Notes under the pieces: generated by a model
The model's input: the letters and a program-made list of their open reading frames with translations, nothing else
What the model was told of the DNA's origin: nothing
Databases searched by the model: none
Source of the DNA: an uncultured Candidatus Actinomarina sp.
Lineage (GTDB): Bacteria > Actinomycetota > Acidimicrobiia > Actinomarinales > Actinomarinaceae
Reading direction: 5' to 3'
Length of the DNA stretch: 64,000 bases
Assembly (NCBI GenBank): GCA_902580215.1
Contig: CACHJT010000002.1
Span: forward strand, 1,789 to 65,788
Program-made: the position numbers and the translations under genes
Part shown: in pieces, positions 28,586-37,243 of the stretch
Position numbering within the stretch: the stretch's first letter is position 1
How the letters are laid out: every line of letters begins with the position of its first letter

Positions 28586-29566
28586 ATGAGAAATAGTTTA
28601 AAAAATGTATTATTAATAGTTTTTGCATCAATTATTTCTTTGGGGTTATATCAATACTATCAAAACTACAATGAGGCCAGATCATTTAATAATTTTTTAG
28701 ACAGTGCTGCTCTTGTGTCTTCGCTTCACCTTGAAGCTTCTGAAGAATTTAAAAATCTTTTAGATTTTTCTGAGATTAGTCGAGAAGATTTTGAAAACAA
28801 GATAGATAAAGTAGTTTCTAACTCAAAAGAAGCATATGAAATAATTAATAACACTGACGTATCTTTGACCCTTAAAGAAAAAGAACTTTTATCTTTAGCT
28901 ACATCATATTGGCTACAGGGTCTTGAGATGTTTGAAGTTTCTATAATTACTTTGATAGACAATCCTAATTCAGAAAAAATTCAAGAATCTATTGCTCAAA
29001 GTATTTCTGATTTATCAATTGGAGACAGGTCTTACTCTGAATTCTTATTTTTAACAAAGCAAAATGCAACCTCAGAAGGTACGTTTCTTCCGGTGCTTTA
29101 TGAAATTGAGTACGTAGGTCTAGAAGATAATTCATTTAGATTTGCTGATTTGCTTGTTGAAAAAGCTAAATCTAGCACAGGTGGATTATTTTTAGTAAGA
29201 AATTTATCAATTTCAGGCGCTGAGTTTCAACCCAATCCAATTGCAGTTACAGAGGAAGATTATTCTGTACTACTAAATGAAAAAATAGAACTTCAAGTAG
29301 TCCTTACAAACGAGGGAAATGTTGACGCTTATGATGTAGTTATTTTAATTTTAGTAACAGATGAATTTGGAGAAACTATTCATGAGCAGCAATCAAAAAT
29401 TGATTCGATAGGTCCTCAAGAAAGCAGAATTTTCTATAGTGATGCAATTAATATAGAAGCAGGTGTATTACATGAATGGTTTATTAAATTAGAAGAAGTA
29501 GAAAAAGAGGAAAACCTAAATGATAATTTATATAGTATCTTTGGTTTTATACCTCCAGAAGGATAA
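28586..29566 (+). CDS. Membrane-anchored hypothetical protein with C-terminal Ig-like (CARDB-like) domain
   Basis: N-terminal TM, helical region, V.L.NEGN...E.N..DN pattern. Confidence 0.6.
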   Translation: MRNSLKNVLLIVFASIISLGLYQYYQNYNEARSFNNFLDSAALVSSLHLEASEEFKNLLDFSEISREDFENKIDKVVSNSKEAYEIINNTDVSLTLKEKELLSLATSYWLQGLEMFEVSIITLIDNPNSEKIQESIAQSISDLSIGDRSYSEFLFLTKQNATSEGTFLPVLYEIEYVGLEDNSFRFADLLVEKAKSSTGGLFLVRNLSISGAEFQPNPIAVTEEDYSVLLNEKIELQVVLTNEGNVDAYDVVILILVTDEFGETIHEQQSKIDSIGPQESRIFYSDAINIEAGVLHEWFIKLEEVEKEENLNDNLYSIFGFIPPEG

Positions 29567-29569
29567 CTT

Positions 29570-30820
29570 ATGTTAGATCCCGCAATATTAAAAGATAATT
29601 TAGAAGTTTTAGAATCAAATATATCAAGAAGAAATTTAGATATAGATGTGAATCATTTAATTTCTTTAAATGAAGAAAGAAAATCTTTACGGTTTAATGC
29701 AGAACAAAAACGTTCTCAACAAAAGGAATTAGGTAAACAAATTGCAAATGCTGAAAAAAATGAAAAAGAAGAACTATTAAACAAAGCATCAGAATTAAGT
29801 GATGAAGTAAAGTTATTGTTTGAACAAGTTGATAAAAAAGACGAAGAGTTCTTAAATCAATGGGTAAAAATTCCTAATTTAATTTCCAAAACTTCTCCTG
29901 ATGGAAAATCTGACAAAGATAATTTAGAAATTAAAAAAGTTGGAAATGTTAAAGAAATATCTAATCCAAAAGATCACTTAGAAATTGCCTCGCAATTGAA
30001 CTTAATTGACGTTGAAAAAGCTTCTGAAGTCTCAGGTTCAAGGTTTGCATATTTATTTGGAGATTTGGTAAAAATTGAGTTTAATTTAGTCTCTTGGGCA
30101 TTAAATAAATTATCAGAGAAAGGATTTACTCCTACAGTTCCTCCAGTTTTGGTGAGAGAAAATGCTTTGTATGGTACTGGGTTTTTTCCTGATGACGCAG
30201 AGCAGGTTTATGAAATTCCAAATGATGATTTGTATCTAGTGGGTACTTCTGAAGTTCCCCTTGCTGCACTGCATACAAATGAAATAATCAATATGGAAGA
30301 ATTGCCAATAAGGTATGCAGGATTTTCAACATGCTTTAGACGAGAAGCTGGTACTTATGGAAAAGATACAACAGGAATATTTAGAGTTCATCAATTTGAT
30401 AAAGTTGAGATGTTTTCCTTTTGTAATCCTGAAAAATCTGAAGCCGAACATGAATTTATTCTTTCAGTAGAAGAAGAACTGTTACAGTCCTTAGAGATTC
30501 CATATAGGGTTGTAGATGTTTGCGCAGGAGATTTAGGTGCTTCTGCAGCTAAAAAATATGATATTGAAGCATGGATACCAAGTCAAAATACATATAGAGA
30601 GGTTACATCTTGCTCTAACACAACTAGCTTTCAAGCTAGAAGACTAAATATAAGAGCAAAGTCAGAAGGAGAAACTAGTATATTACACACTCTTAATGGA
30701 ACAGCTATTGCAGTTGGAAGAATTTTAATTGCTATAATTGAAAATAATCAAACTGAAGATGGAAAAGTTGAGTTCTCTGATAAAGTTGCTGAAATTATTG
30801 GTGTTAAAAACCTAGGCTAA
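29570..30820 (+). CDS. serS: Serine--tRNA ligase
   Basis: GTSEVP, FRREAG, RVHQF.KVE, EVTSCSN, HTLNGT. Confidence 0.98.
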   Translation: MLDPAILKDNLEVLESNISRRNLDIDVNHLISLNEERKSLRFNAEQKRSQQKELGKQIANAEKNEKEELLNKASELSDEVKLLFEQVDKKDEEFLNQWVKIPNLISKTSPDGKSDKDNLEIKKVGNVKEISNPKDHLEIASQLNLIDVEKASEVSGSRFAYLFGDLVKIEFNLVSWALNKLSEKGFTPTVPPVLVRENALYGTGFFPDDAEQVYEIPNDDLYLVGTSEVPLAALHTNEIINMEELPIRYAGFSTCFRREAGTYGKDTTGIFRVHQFDKVEMFSFCNPEKSEAEHEFILSVEEELLQSLEIPYRVVDVCAGDLGASAAKKYDIEAWIPSQNTYREVTSCSNTTSFQARRLNIRAKSEGETSILHTLNGTAIAVGRILIAIIENNQTEDGKVEFSDKVAEIIGVKNLG

Positions 30821-31366
30821 TAACAAACTGGCAATCATACTCAAGCCGAGCACCACGTACGTTGCACGAGCTACTCTTTTATTTTTTTCTAAACTATTTT
30901 GAAGTTGTTCTCCGAGAATCAACCATATGCCAACACAAAAAGGTAAAACTAGAAAATAAATAAAAGCACCTTGGTTGTTTGTAATATTGAAGGCAGTCAG
31001 TCCTGACACAGCCATGACAACCCCTTTTGGATTTATCCACTGGAAAAGACATGCTTGTAAGAAAGTAAAAGGTTTATCAACAGAAGAGTTTTCTTTATTC
31101 GTATCCAAAGAAGTTGTGGCAATTCTATAGGCAATATAGGTGATAACTGCGTAACCAAAGTACTGGAGGTAATCAAAAATTTGAGCAGGAACATATGAAA
31201 GTAAAAACCCACCAACAAAAAATAAAAAAGTAAATCCCAACCAGATACCAAGAAAATGGGGTATTGAAGCTTTTCTACCAAACTTTATTCCAGAGGCCAT
31301 AAGCATTGAGTTATTTGGTCCTGGTGTGATTGCAGTTACAAATGCAAAAATGAAAAACTCAAACAT
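30812..31366 (-). CDS. LysE family amino-acid exporter
   Basis: TPGPNN, FQWINPK. Confidence 0.9.
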   Translation of the reverse strand: MFEFFIFAFVTAITPGPNNSMLMASGIKFGRKASIPHFLGIWLGFTFLFFVGGFLLSYVPAQIFDYLQYFGYAVITYIAYRIATTSLDTNKENSSVDKPFTFLQACLFQWINPKGVVMAVSGLTAFNITNNQGAFIYFLVLPFCVGIWLILGEQLQNSLEKNKRVARATYVVLGLSMIASLLLA

Positions 31367-31406
31367 TTGGTTATATTAACATCAACACTTGAGATAATTA
31401 AATTAG

Positions 31407-31865
31407 ATGAAATATATATCAGACGAAGAGAAGATGAGAGTAGCTCTTAATGAAGCAAAAAAAGCTCTTGATGTTGATGAAGTACCTATTGGTGCAGCAA
31501 TATTTGATAAAGACGATAAATTAATTTGTGCAAATCACAATAGAAGAGAATTAGATCAAAACCCAACGTCTCATGCCGAGATATTAGTTTTAGAAGAGGC
31601 ATCGCAAATCCTAGGTACTTGGAGACTAGAAGAGGCAACAATAGCGGTAACTTTAGAACCAGACGCTATGTGTGCGGGAGCAATTGTAAACGCTAGAATT
31701 AGAAAACTTATTTATGCAGCTCCTAACCTTAAAGCAGGTGCTGCATATTCATTATATAATATCCCACAAGACCCTCGACTTAACCATCATGTCGAGATAA
31801 AAGATAATATTCTTTCCCATGAATCTGAAGCTATATTATCCTCTTTCTTTGACAGTAAGAGATAA
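31407..31865 (+). CDS. tadA: tRNA adenosine(34) deaminase
   Basis: EVPIGA, HAE, TLEP(D)AMCAGA, RLNH; next to tRNA-Arg(ACG). Confidence 0.9.
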   Translation: MKYISDEEKMRVALNEAKKALDVDEVPIGAAIFDKDDKLICANHNRRELDQNPTSHAEILVLEEASQILGTWRLEEATIAVTLEPDAMCAGAIVNARIRKLIYAAPNLKAGAAYSLYNIPQDPRLNHHVEIKDNILSHESEAILSSFFDSKR

Positions 31866-31892
31866 CTAAAATAGAATCTCAGGTTTTTTTTC

Positions 31893-31981
31893 GGAGGGAT
31901 CGCATAGTCTGGCCTAGTGCGCACGCTTGGAAAGCGTGTAAGGGTTTATCCCCTTCGAGGGTTCGAATCCCTCTCCCTCCG
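31893..31981 (+). tRNA. tRNA-Ser(GGA)
   Basis: CACGC-TT-GGA-AA-GCGTG anticodon arm, long variable arm, GTTCGAATCC. Confidence 0.95.
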
Positions 31982-32001
31982 CAAAAAGAAAGAAACCATC
32001 T

Positions 32002-32087
32002 GGAGGGATGGCCGAGCGGACGAAGGCGATAGTCTTGAAAACTATTGTATGTATTCCATACCGTGGGTTCGAATCCCACTCCCTCCG
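32002..32087 (+). tRNA. tRNA-Ser(TGA)
   Basis: ATAGT-CT-TGA-AA-ACTAT anticodon arm, long variable arm. Confidence 0.95.
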
Positions 32088-32094
32088 CTGACTT

Positions 32095-32181
32095 GGAGAG
32101 GTGACTGAGTGGCCTAAAGTGCTCGCCTGCTAAGCGAGTGGGGAAGAAATTCCCTCGAGGGTTCGAATCCCTCCCTCTCCG
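32095..32181 (+). tRNA. tRNA-Ser(GCT)
   Basis: CTCGC-CT-GCT-AA-GCGAG anticodon arm, long variable arm. Confidence 0.95.
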
Positions 32182-32185
32182 CAAT

Positions 32186-32259
32186 GCGCCCGTAGCTTAA
32201 CTGGATAGAGCATCTGACTACGGATCAGAAGGTTGGGGGTTCGACTCCCTCCGGGCGTG
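32186..32259 (+). tRNA. tRNA-Arg(ACG)
   Basis: TCTGA-CT-ACG-GA-TCAGA anticodon arm, GTTCGACTCC. Confidence 0.95.
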
Positions 32260-32270
32260 CATTAAAAACC

Positions 32271-32933
32271 TTAGTAACTCCAAAGAGGGTCTTCTAAGTT
32301 CCAATTAGTTTCATTACCCCAAGTATTTAGATATGTAACTTCATCCACAGGATTTCTATCAGCCACACCCCATTTTCCTAATGGATAACCAGCAGTGATT
32401 ACGGCATCAATTTTCCAGCCTCTATCATTAGGTATATTTAGAATCTCAAAAGCTTTTTCTGGTTTAAACATCCCAAGAACAGTTGTTAAACATGTACCAA
32501 TTCCGTGTGCTCTACCTGCAAGCATAATGCTCCAAATAGCAGGATAAATCGATGATCCTGTTGGATCATTTCTTGAGAGCACAACAAACATAGCTGGTAC
32601 TTTATGAAAATTTTCAGACAACCATGCAGCTGACTTACTAATTCGAACAACTTGTTCAGCTTTTTTGTCATTTGGAACATTGGACGCACCCATATCTGCA
32701 CTTCCTCCATAAAATTCTTTTACATAAAAATCCCATGCTTCTCTGTATGAATCTCCAAGTTGATTTTTAATTTCTTGATCAGTGACGACAATAAACTTCC
32801 AGCCTTGACGATTAGAACCGCTAGGAGCTCTAATTCCAGCATCAACCATTTGTTTTAATATATCTTCTGGAATGGGATCTTCGCTGACTCTGCGCATTGC
32901 CCTAGTTGTATATAAAGCTTCGAATACATCCAT
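32271..32933 (-). CDS. Nitroreductase family protein
   Basis: TTRAMRR, APSGSNRQGW.F, GIGTCLTT. Confidence 0.9.
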   Translation of the reverse strand: MDVFEALYTTRAMRRVSEDPIPEDILKQMVDAGIRAPSGSNRQGWKFIVVTDQEIKNQLGDSYREAWDFYVKEFYGGSADMGASNVPNDKKAEQVVRISKSAAWLSENFHKVPAMFVVLSRNDPTGSSIYPAIWSIMLAGRAHGIGTCLTTVLGMFKPEKAFEILNIPNDRGWKIDAVITAGYPLGKWGVADRNPVDEVTYLNTWGNETNWNLEDPLWSY

Positions 32934-32959
32934 TAGACAATCTTACTAAGATAATATAA

Positions 32960-33769
32960 ATGGAAGACAAATTATTAAAAGAAATAAAAAACAACGTTGG
33001 GTATGTTTGGATAAATCGCCCAGATAAAAAAAATGCTCTAGATGCTGATGTTTGGTTCGGGTTACCAGAAATTATAAATGAACTTGATTCTGATGATGAA
33101 GTCAGATGTATAGTAGTTGCAGGCAAAGGAGATTCATTTTCTGCTGGGATTGACATAACCATGTTTATGTCAGATTTTCAAATCAATGAAGACATGTCTT
33201 CCACTCCTAGTGACAGAAAGAAACTACAGGCTCAAATTAAAAAAATGCAAGACTCTTTTACTGCATTATCAAAAACTTCTGTACCAGTTATTGCTTTAGC
33301 CCATGGTCACTGCATTGGGGGAGCAACTGCTTTAATATCAGCATGTGATATAAGAATTTCTACTGTAGATGCAAAATTTTCAATTGGGGAAACAAAATTA
33401 GGACTAGTTGCAGATGTTGGTATTTTACAAAGAATGCCAAAAATTGTATCTAAGGGAGACGTTCGGGAACTTGCTTTCACAGGTCGAATATTTGATGGAG
33501 AGTATGCAGAAAAAATAAGGTTTGTAAGTAAAACTTATGAGAATTTTGAAGACTTATTTAAGGCTGGTGTAAAGCTAGCCGAAGAGATTGCAAGCAACGC
33601 TTCAAGTATTGTACAGGGAACTAAACAAGTTCTTGATAAAGGTGAAGATTTGACAACTGATCAAGCATTAGATTTTGTTCAATTGTGGAATACAAGTTTT
33701 TTATTAACTGAGGATTTAAGAGAGGGAGTCACTGCCTTTATGGAAAAAAGAAAGCCTAAATTTAATTAA
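32960..33769 (+). CDS. Enoyl-CoA hydratase/isomerase (dienoyl-CoA isomerase-like)
   Basis: FSAGID, HG.CIGG, ACDIR, E..LGL.ADVG.LQR.P. Confidence 0.9.
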   Translation: MEDKLLKEIKNNVGYVWINRPDKKNALDADVWFGLPEIINELDSDDEVRCIVVAGKGDSFSAGIDITMFMSDFQINEDMSSTPSDRKKLQAQIKKMQDSFTALSKTSVPVIALAHGHCIGGATALISACDIRISTVDAKFSIGETKLGLVADVGILQRMPKIVSKGDVRELAFTGRIFDGEYAEKIRFVSKTYENFEDLFKAGVKLAEEIASNASSIVQGTKQVLDKGEDLTTDQALDFVQLWNTSFLLTEDLREGVTAFMEKRKPKFN

Positions 33770-34742
33770 TTTTTTCAAAAGCAGAGATAGCAAATCTGTC
33801 AGTCATTCCTGCAACGTAGTCTACTGAGTTAGCTATGTCGCTTTGATTTTGAACATAATTTTTTGGAAGTTTATCTGGATTCTTTTCGTAATAGACAACC
33901 AAGGCTTCAACGATATTCTTTGCTTCAGACCTTTGAGATAAAGTTTCTTCTCTTAAATATACTTTATCAAACATAAACTCTCTTAATTCATTCATCACAT
34001 TTAAAATTTCTTGGTCCATTTGTAAACTACCACCCGAAGAAGCCTTGAAAACACCAGATATTAATGAATTGATCCAGGTCTTACCTGGTGAACCTAAAAC
34101 AGATGTAATGCTTTTAGGTATATCGGACTCTTTTAAAACATTTGCTCTTATTGCATCTTCTACATCATGAGAAAGATAAGCAATTCTATCAGCAAATCTA
34201 CAAATTAAACCTTCAGGAGAAAAAGGTGGTTCTTCATATCTCCAAGGATGTTTTTCAATACCATTTATAGTTTCTTTTGTTAGGTTAAGAGGTTCTATTA
34301 CAGACAACATTCTCACAGAGTTTTCAGAGTGGCTCCAGCCACCGTCTAGCATATCATTTAATACATCTTCACCAGTGTGACCAAATGGTGAGTGACCTAC
34401 ATCATGTCCTAAACAAATTGCTTCGGTCAAATCTGGATTTAAACCTAATGTTTTAGCAATAGACCTACCAATTTGGGTCACATTAAGTGTATGAGTCATT
34501 CTTGTTATAAAATGATCACCATCAGGGTTTATAAAAACTTGTGTTTTATGTTTTAATCTTCTAAAAGTTTTTGAGTGAATAATTCTATCTCGATCTCTCT
34601 CAAAACATGTTCTGAACGCATCTGGTTCTTCATCCACGTATCTCCCTAAAGAGTTGGAGGCAAAAGTAGCATTGCTGGATAGAGTAACTCGCTCATTCTG
34701 CTCTCTCCATATCCTATCTCTAAGGATAAATGAATCGTTCAT
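33762..34742 (-). CDS. dgt: dGTP triphosphohydrolase-like HD-domain protein
   Basis: RDRDRIIHS..FRRL..KTQVF, TR.THT, HDVGH.PFGH.GE, DYVAGMTD. Confidence 0.9.
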   Translation of the reverse strand: MNDSFILRDRIWREQNERVTLSSNATFASNSLGRYVDEEPDAFRTCFERDRDRIIHSKTFRRLKHKTQVFINPDGDHFITRMTHTLNVTQIGRSIAKTLGLNPDLTEAICLGHDVGHSPFGHTGEDVLNDMLDGGWSHSENSVRMLSVIEPLNLTKETINGIEKHPWRYEEPPFSPEGLICRFADRIAYLSHDVEDAIRANVLKESDIPKSITSVLGSPGKTWINSLISGVFKASSGGSLQMDQEILNVMNELREFMFDKVYLREETLSQRSEAKNIVEALVVYYEKNPDKLPKNYVQNQSDIANSVDYVAGMTDRFAISAFEKIN

Positions 34743-34751
34743 ACAACTACT

Positions 34752-35303
34752 TTACAAGTTGTAGCTCTCTAGTAAAGAGCTTAATTCCATCCAGTCGTTT
34801 AAATCTTTTGTTCCAGTAACTGGTCTATTATAAGGTCGAACAAATCTAAGAATTAATTTTTCAGGTACATGTTTAACAAAGTTTTCTAACTGATGAGGCG
34901 CATCATCAATATATACATCACAGTTTATGTTCCATTTATCTTCAATAAAATGAATTTCTTTAGAAGGAATTTTATTTTCTCCTAACCAAATAAGTGTATC
35001 GTGAATTGACCACCATGGTTTAGAGGACAAGATTACAATTTCATGACCTGCCATGGACAACTCAATTAGTACCTCAACTGCGTTGTCGTATGTTCTTAAA
35101 TTTCTAAATATAGAAGAACCATTAAAATCTTTTGCCCAATTCCAAAAATCAATTTCTTCCTCGAAGTGAGTGAGAGGTTTTGATAATCCCCATTCGGTAA
35201 TATCTTTTTCTAGAATTTCTTTACCGAAGTCTTTTTTGTATTGAGATGTCCATCCATGAGTAAAGTCTGCCACAACCCCATCTAAATCAACACCTATTCT
35301 CAT
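34752..35303 (-). CDS. 5'(3')-deoxyribonucleotidase (NT5C, HAD family)
   Basis: VDLDGVVADF, YIDD.P; start reassigned to MRIGVD (TAGACT -10 element 7 nt upstream). Confidence 0.85.
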   Translation of the reverse strand: MRIGVDLDGVVADFTHGWTSQYKKDFGKEILEKDITEWGLSKPLTHFEEEIDFWNWAKDFNGSSIFRNLRTYDNAVEVLIELSMAGHEIVILSSKPWWSIHDTLIWLGENKIPSKEIHFIEDKWNINCDVYIDDAPHQLENFVKHVPEKLILRFVRPYNRPVTGTKDLNDWMELSSLLESYNL

Positions 35304-35363
35304 TTGACTTAGTCTAATTGTATGATGCATTATGGAAAGTAAAAGATAGTAACATTTATTTAT

Positions 35364-36905
35364 ATGCAAGAAGCACTTTACAGAAAACATAGACCCAGCT
35401 CTCTAGAGGAGTTAGTAGGGCAACCTGATGCTGTACAACTTATTAGTGAACAAATAAAAAATAGTAACTTGAGTCATGCCTACTTGTTTTCAGGACCAAG
35501 AGGGGTCGGCAAAACTTCTTTAGCACGTATTATTGCAACAACAATTGGATGTGATCCAGTATTTGATATTACAGAAATAGATGCAGCTTCTCACAATAAA
35601 GTAGATGATGTTCGAGAGCTTAACGATAGTGTTAATTTTATTGCAAGTAGTCCAGGAAAGAAAAGAGTATTCATCCTAGATGAAGTGCATATGCTCTCCA
35701 ATGCTGCTTCGAATGCATTTTTAAAAACTCTTGAAGAGCCACCCGAGCATGTAATTTTTATACTTGCAACAACTGAACCAGAAAGAGTCATTGAGACAAT
35801 TAGAAGCAGAACTACACAGATAGCATTTAAAAGAATAAAAAATACTGACATTATAACTTCACTTGAAAAGATCAGTAAGGCTGAAAAGATCAAGTTATCT
35901 AGAGATGTTTTAGAGTACATTGCCAACCAGAGTGATGGTTCATTAAGAGATGCCATTAATCTTTTTGAACAGACTTTTTCAACCTTTGGCAATAAAGCTA
36001 CCATGGAACAACTTTATAGTATTTTAGGAAAGGTTACGATATCTGATTTACTTCAAATATTAGAAGCTATGGGAACTCAGGACACTGCAACTGTTCTCAA
36101 AGTGCTAAGAGCAAATTATAAAAATGGATTACAGGCAATTGATATCTTAAATTCAATAACAGATCTTTTTAGAAATTTATTTTACTTTAAGTATCTGCCT
36201 GAAGATGAAAACTTCACCTCATTAAGTGATTCTGAAAAAGAGTTAATTAAAAATTGTAATGATATTATTTCTGCAAAAGATTTATCAAGAATTTTAGATA
36301 TGCTTGATGAGATTAATCAAAGTATTAAAACTTCACCGTCACAAGAATTAAAATTGGAACTATTTTTAGTAAAACTTATTAAACCACAATTGGCGATAGA
36401 TATTAAGTCTGTGAGTAGAAGAGTTGATATGCTAGAAGAGCATGGTGTAACAGAAAAAATTTCTGAAGAGCAACAAACATCTCCAGATAAAAAAAAACTA
36501 GGTAATGAAAAAGTAGCTAAAGATAAACCTACAAAAGAAAATACCAAGAAACCAATTGTTAAAAATGATATTGAGAACTTTGATGTTTATTGGCCAAAAA
36601 TTCTAGAGGAAGCTAAGGAAATTCTTTCACCAAGAAAATACTCTTACCTAACACTTGTAAAACCGGAGGTTATAGATTCCAATAATTTAACTCTATATAT
36701 AGATAGTGAAAACGAATATTTGATATCTGAACTTCGTAAGTCAGATGAAATTATTGAATTAATTAAATCAAATGTTATCCAGAAAATGGGAGTAGAAGTA
36801 ACTGTTGCTGTACAGCCGCATGAAGGGCTTCAAAATAACAATCAAACAAGTAAAGATGTACAAAGTAACATTAGTGAAATTTTTGATGTTGAGAGTATTG
36901 ATTAA
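35364..36905 (+). CDS. dnaX: DNA polymerase III subunit gamma/tau
   Basis: LYRK.RP, GPRGVGKT, EIDAAS, DEVHMLS, LKTLEEPP, G.LRDA. Confidence 0.96.
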   Translation: MQEALYRKHRPSSLEELVGQPDAVQLISEQIKNSNLSHAYLFSGPRGVGKTSLARIIATTIGCDPVFDITEIDAASHNKVDDVRELNDSVNFIASSPGKKRVFILDEVHMLSNAASNAFLKTLEEPPEHVIFILATTEPERVIETIRSRTTQIAFKRIKNTDIITSLEKISKAEKIKLSRDVLEYIANQSDGSLRDAINLFEQTFSTFGNKATMEQLYSILGKVTISDLLQILEAMGTQDTATVLKVLRANYKNGLQAIDILNSITDLFRNLFYFKYLPEDENFTSLSDSEKELIKNCNDIISAKDLSRILDMLDEINQSIKTSPSQELKLELFLVKLIKPQLAIDIKSVSRRVDMLEEHGVTEKISEEQQTSPDKKKLGNEKVAKDKPTKENTKKPIVKNDIENFDVYWPKILEEAKEILSPRKYSYLTLVKPEVIDSNNLTLYIDSENEYLISELRKSDEIIELIKSNVIQKMGVEVTVAVQPHEGLQNNNQTSKDVQSNISEIFDVESID

Positions 36906-37243
36906 TTTTCTTTAAGATTTAATTCACTTAATGCAACTGTTATTCTTCTTGAGCCTTGATTTTGAGCACTTTTACATAATTCAATAAAGCTCCTTAACTC
37001 ACCAGTTCGAAATTTCTTTAACTCATCACCAGATTCGATTTTTGTGTTTCTTTCTCTTTCCAAAAGTTTTATTTCTATCTCTTTTGCTCTAGCCAGGTAA
37101 GTACTGCTAACCTCGAATAAAGTATCTACACCATCAGCTATTGGTGGGTTGATATGTCCCATAAGAACATCAATGTACTCCTTAATTTCATCGTGCAAAT
37201 CTTGGGCACTAGAGAGACCTTTTTTTAATGGAAATTTTTGCAT
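36902..37243 (-). CDS. Hypothetical helical protein, coupled to murJ
   Basis: 113-aa ORF with TAATG overlap; no motif recognised. Confidence 0.7.
   Translation of the reverse strand: MQKFPLKKGLSSAQDLHDEIKEYIDVLMGHINPPIADGVDTLFEVSSTYLARAKEIEIKLLERERNTKIESGDELKKFRTGELRSFIELCKSAQNQGSRRITVALSELNLKEN

Noticed and set aside
32002-32087. Possible tRNA-Sec or UGA suppressor for the selenoprotein
   Set aside because: The anticodon is TGA (reads UCA, Ser), not TCA, and the acceptor stem is a normal 7 bp.
31879-32184. ORFs 31879-32184(-) and 31917-32108(+)
   Set aside because: They overlap the tRNA-Ser genes and are artefacts of GC-rich tRNA sequence.
33762-35303. dGTPase plus nucleotidase as an anti-phage nucleotide-depletion system
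   Set aside because: Looks like the ordinary short housekeeping Dgt in a core-gene context next to dnaX, with no defence-island features.
35304-35390. N-terminal extension of the NT5C ORF given in the track
   Set aside because: It overlaps the dnaX start; the HAD motif begins at MRIGVDLDG, which has its own -10 element.
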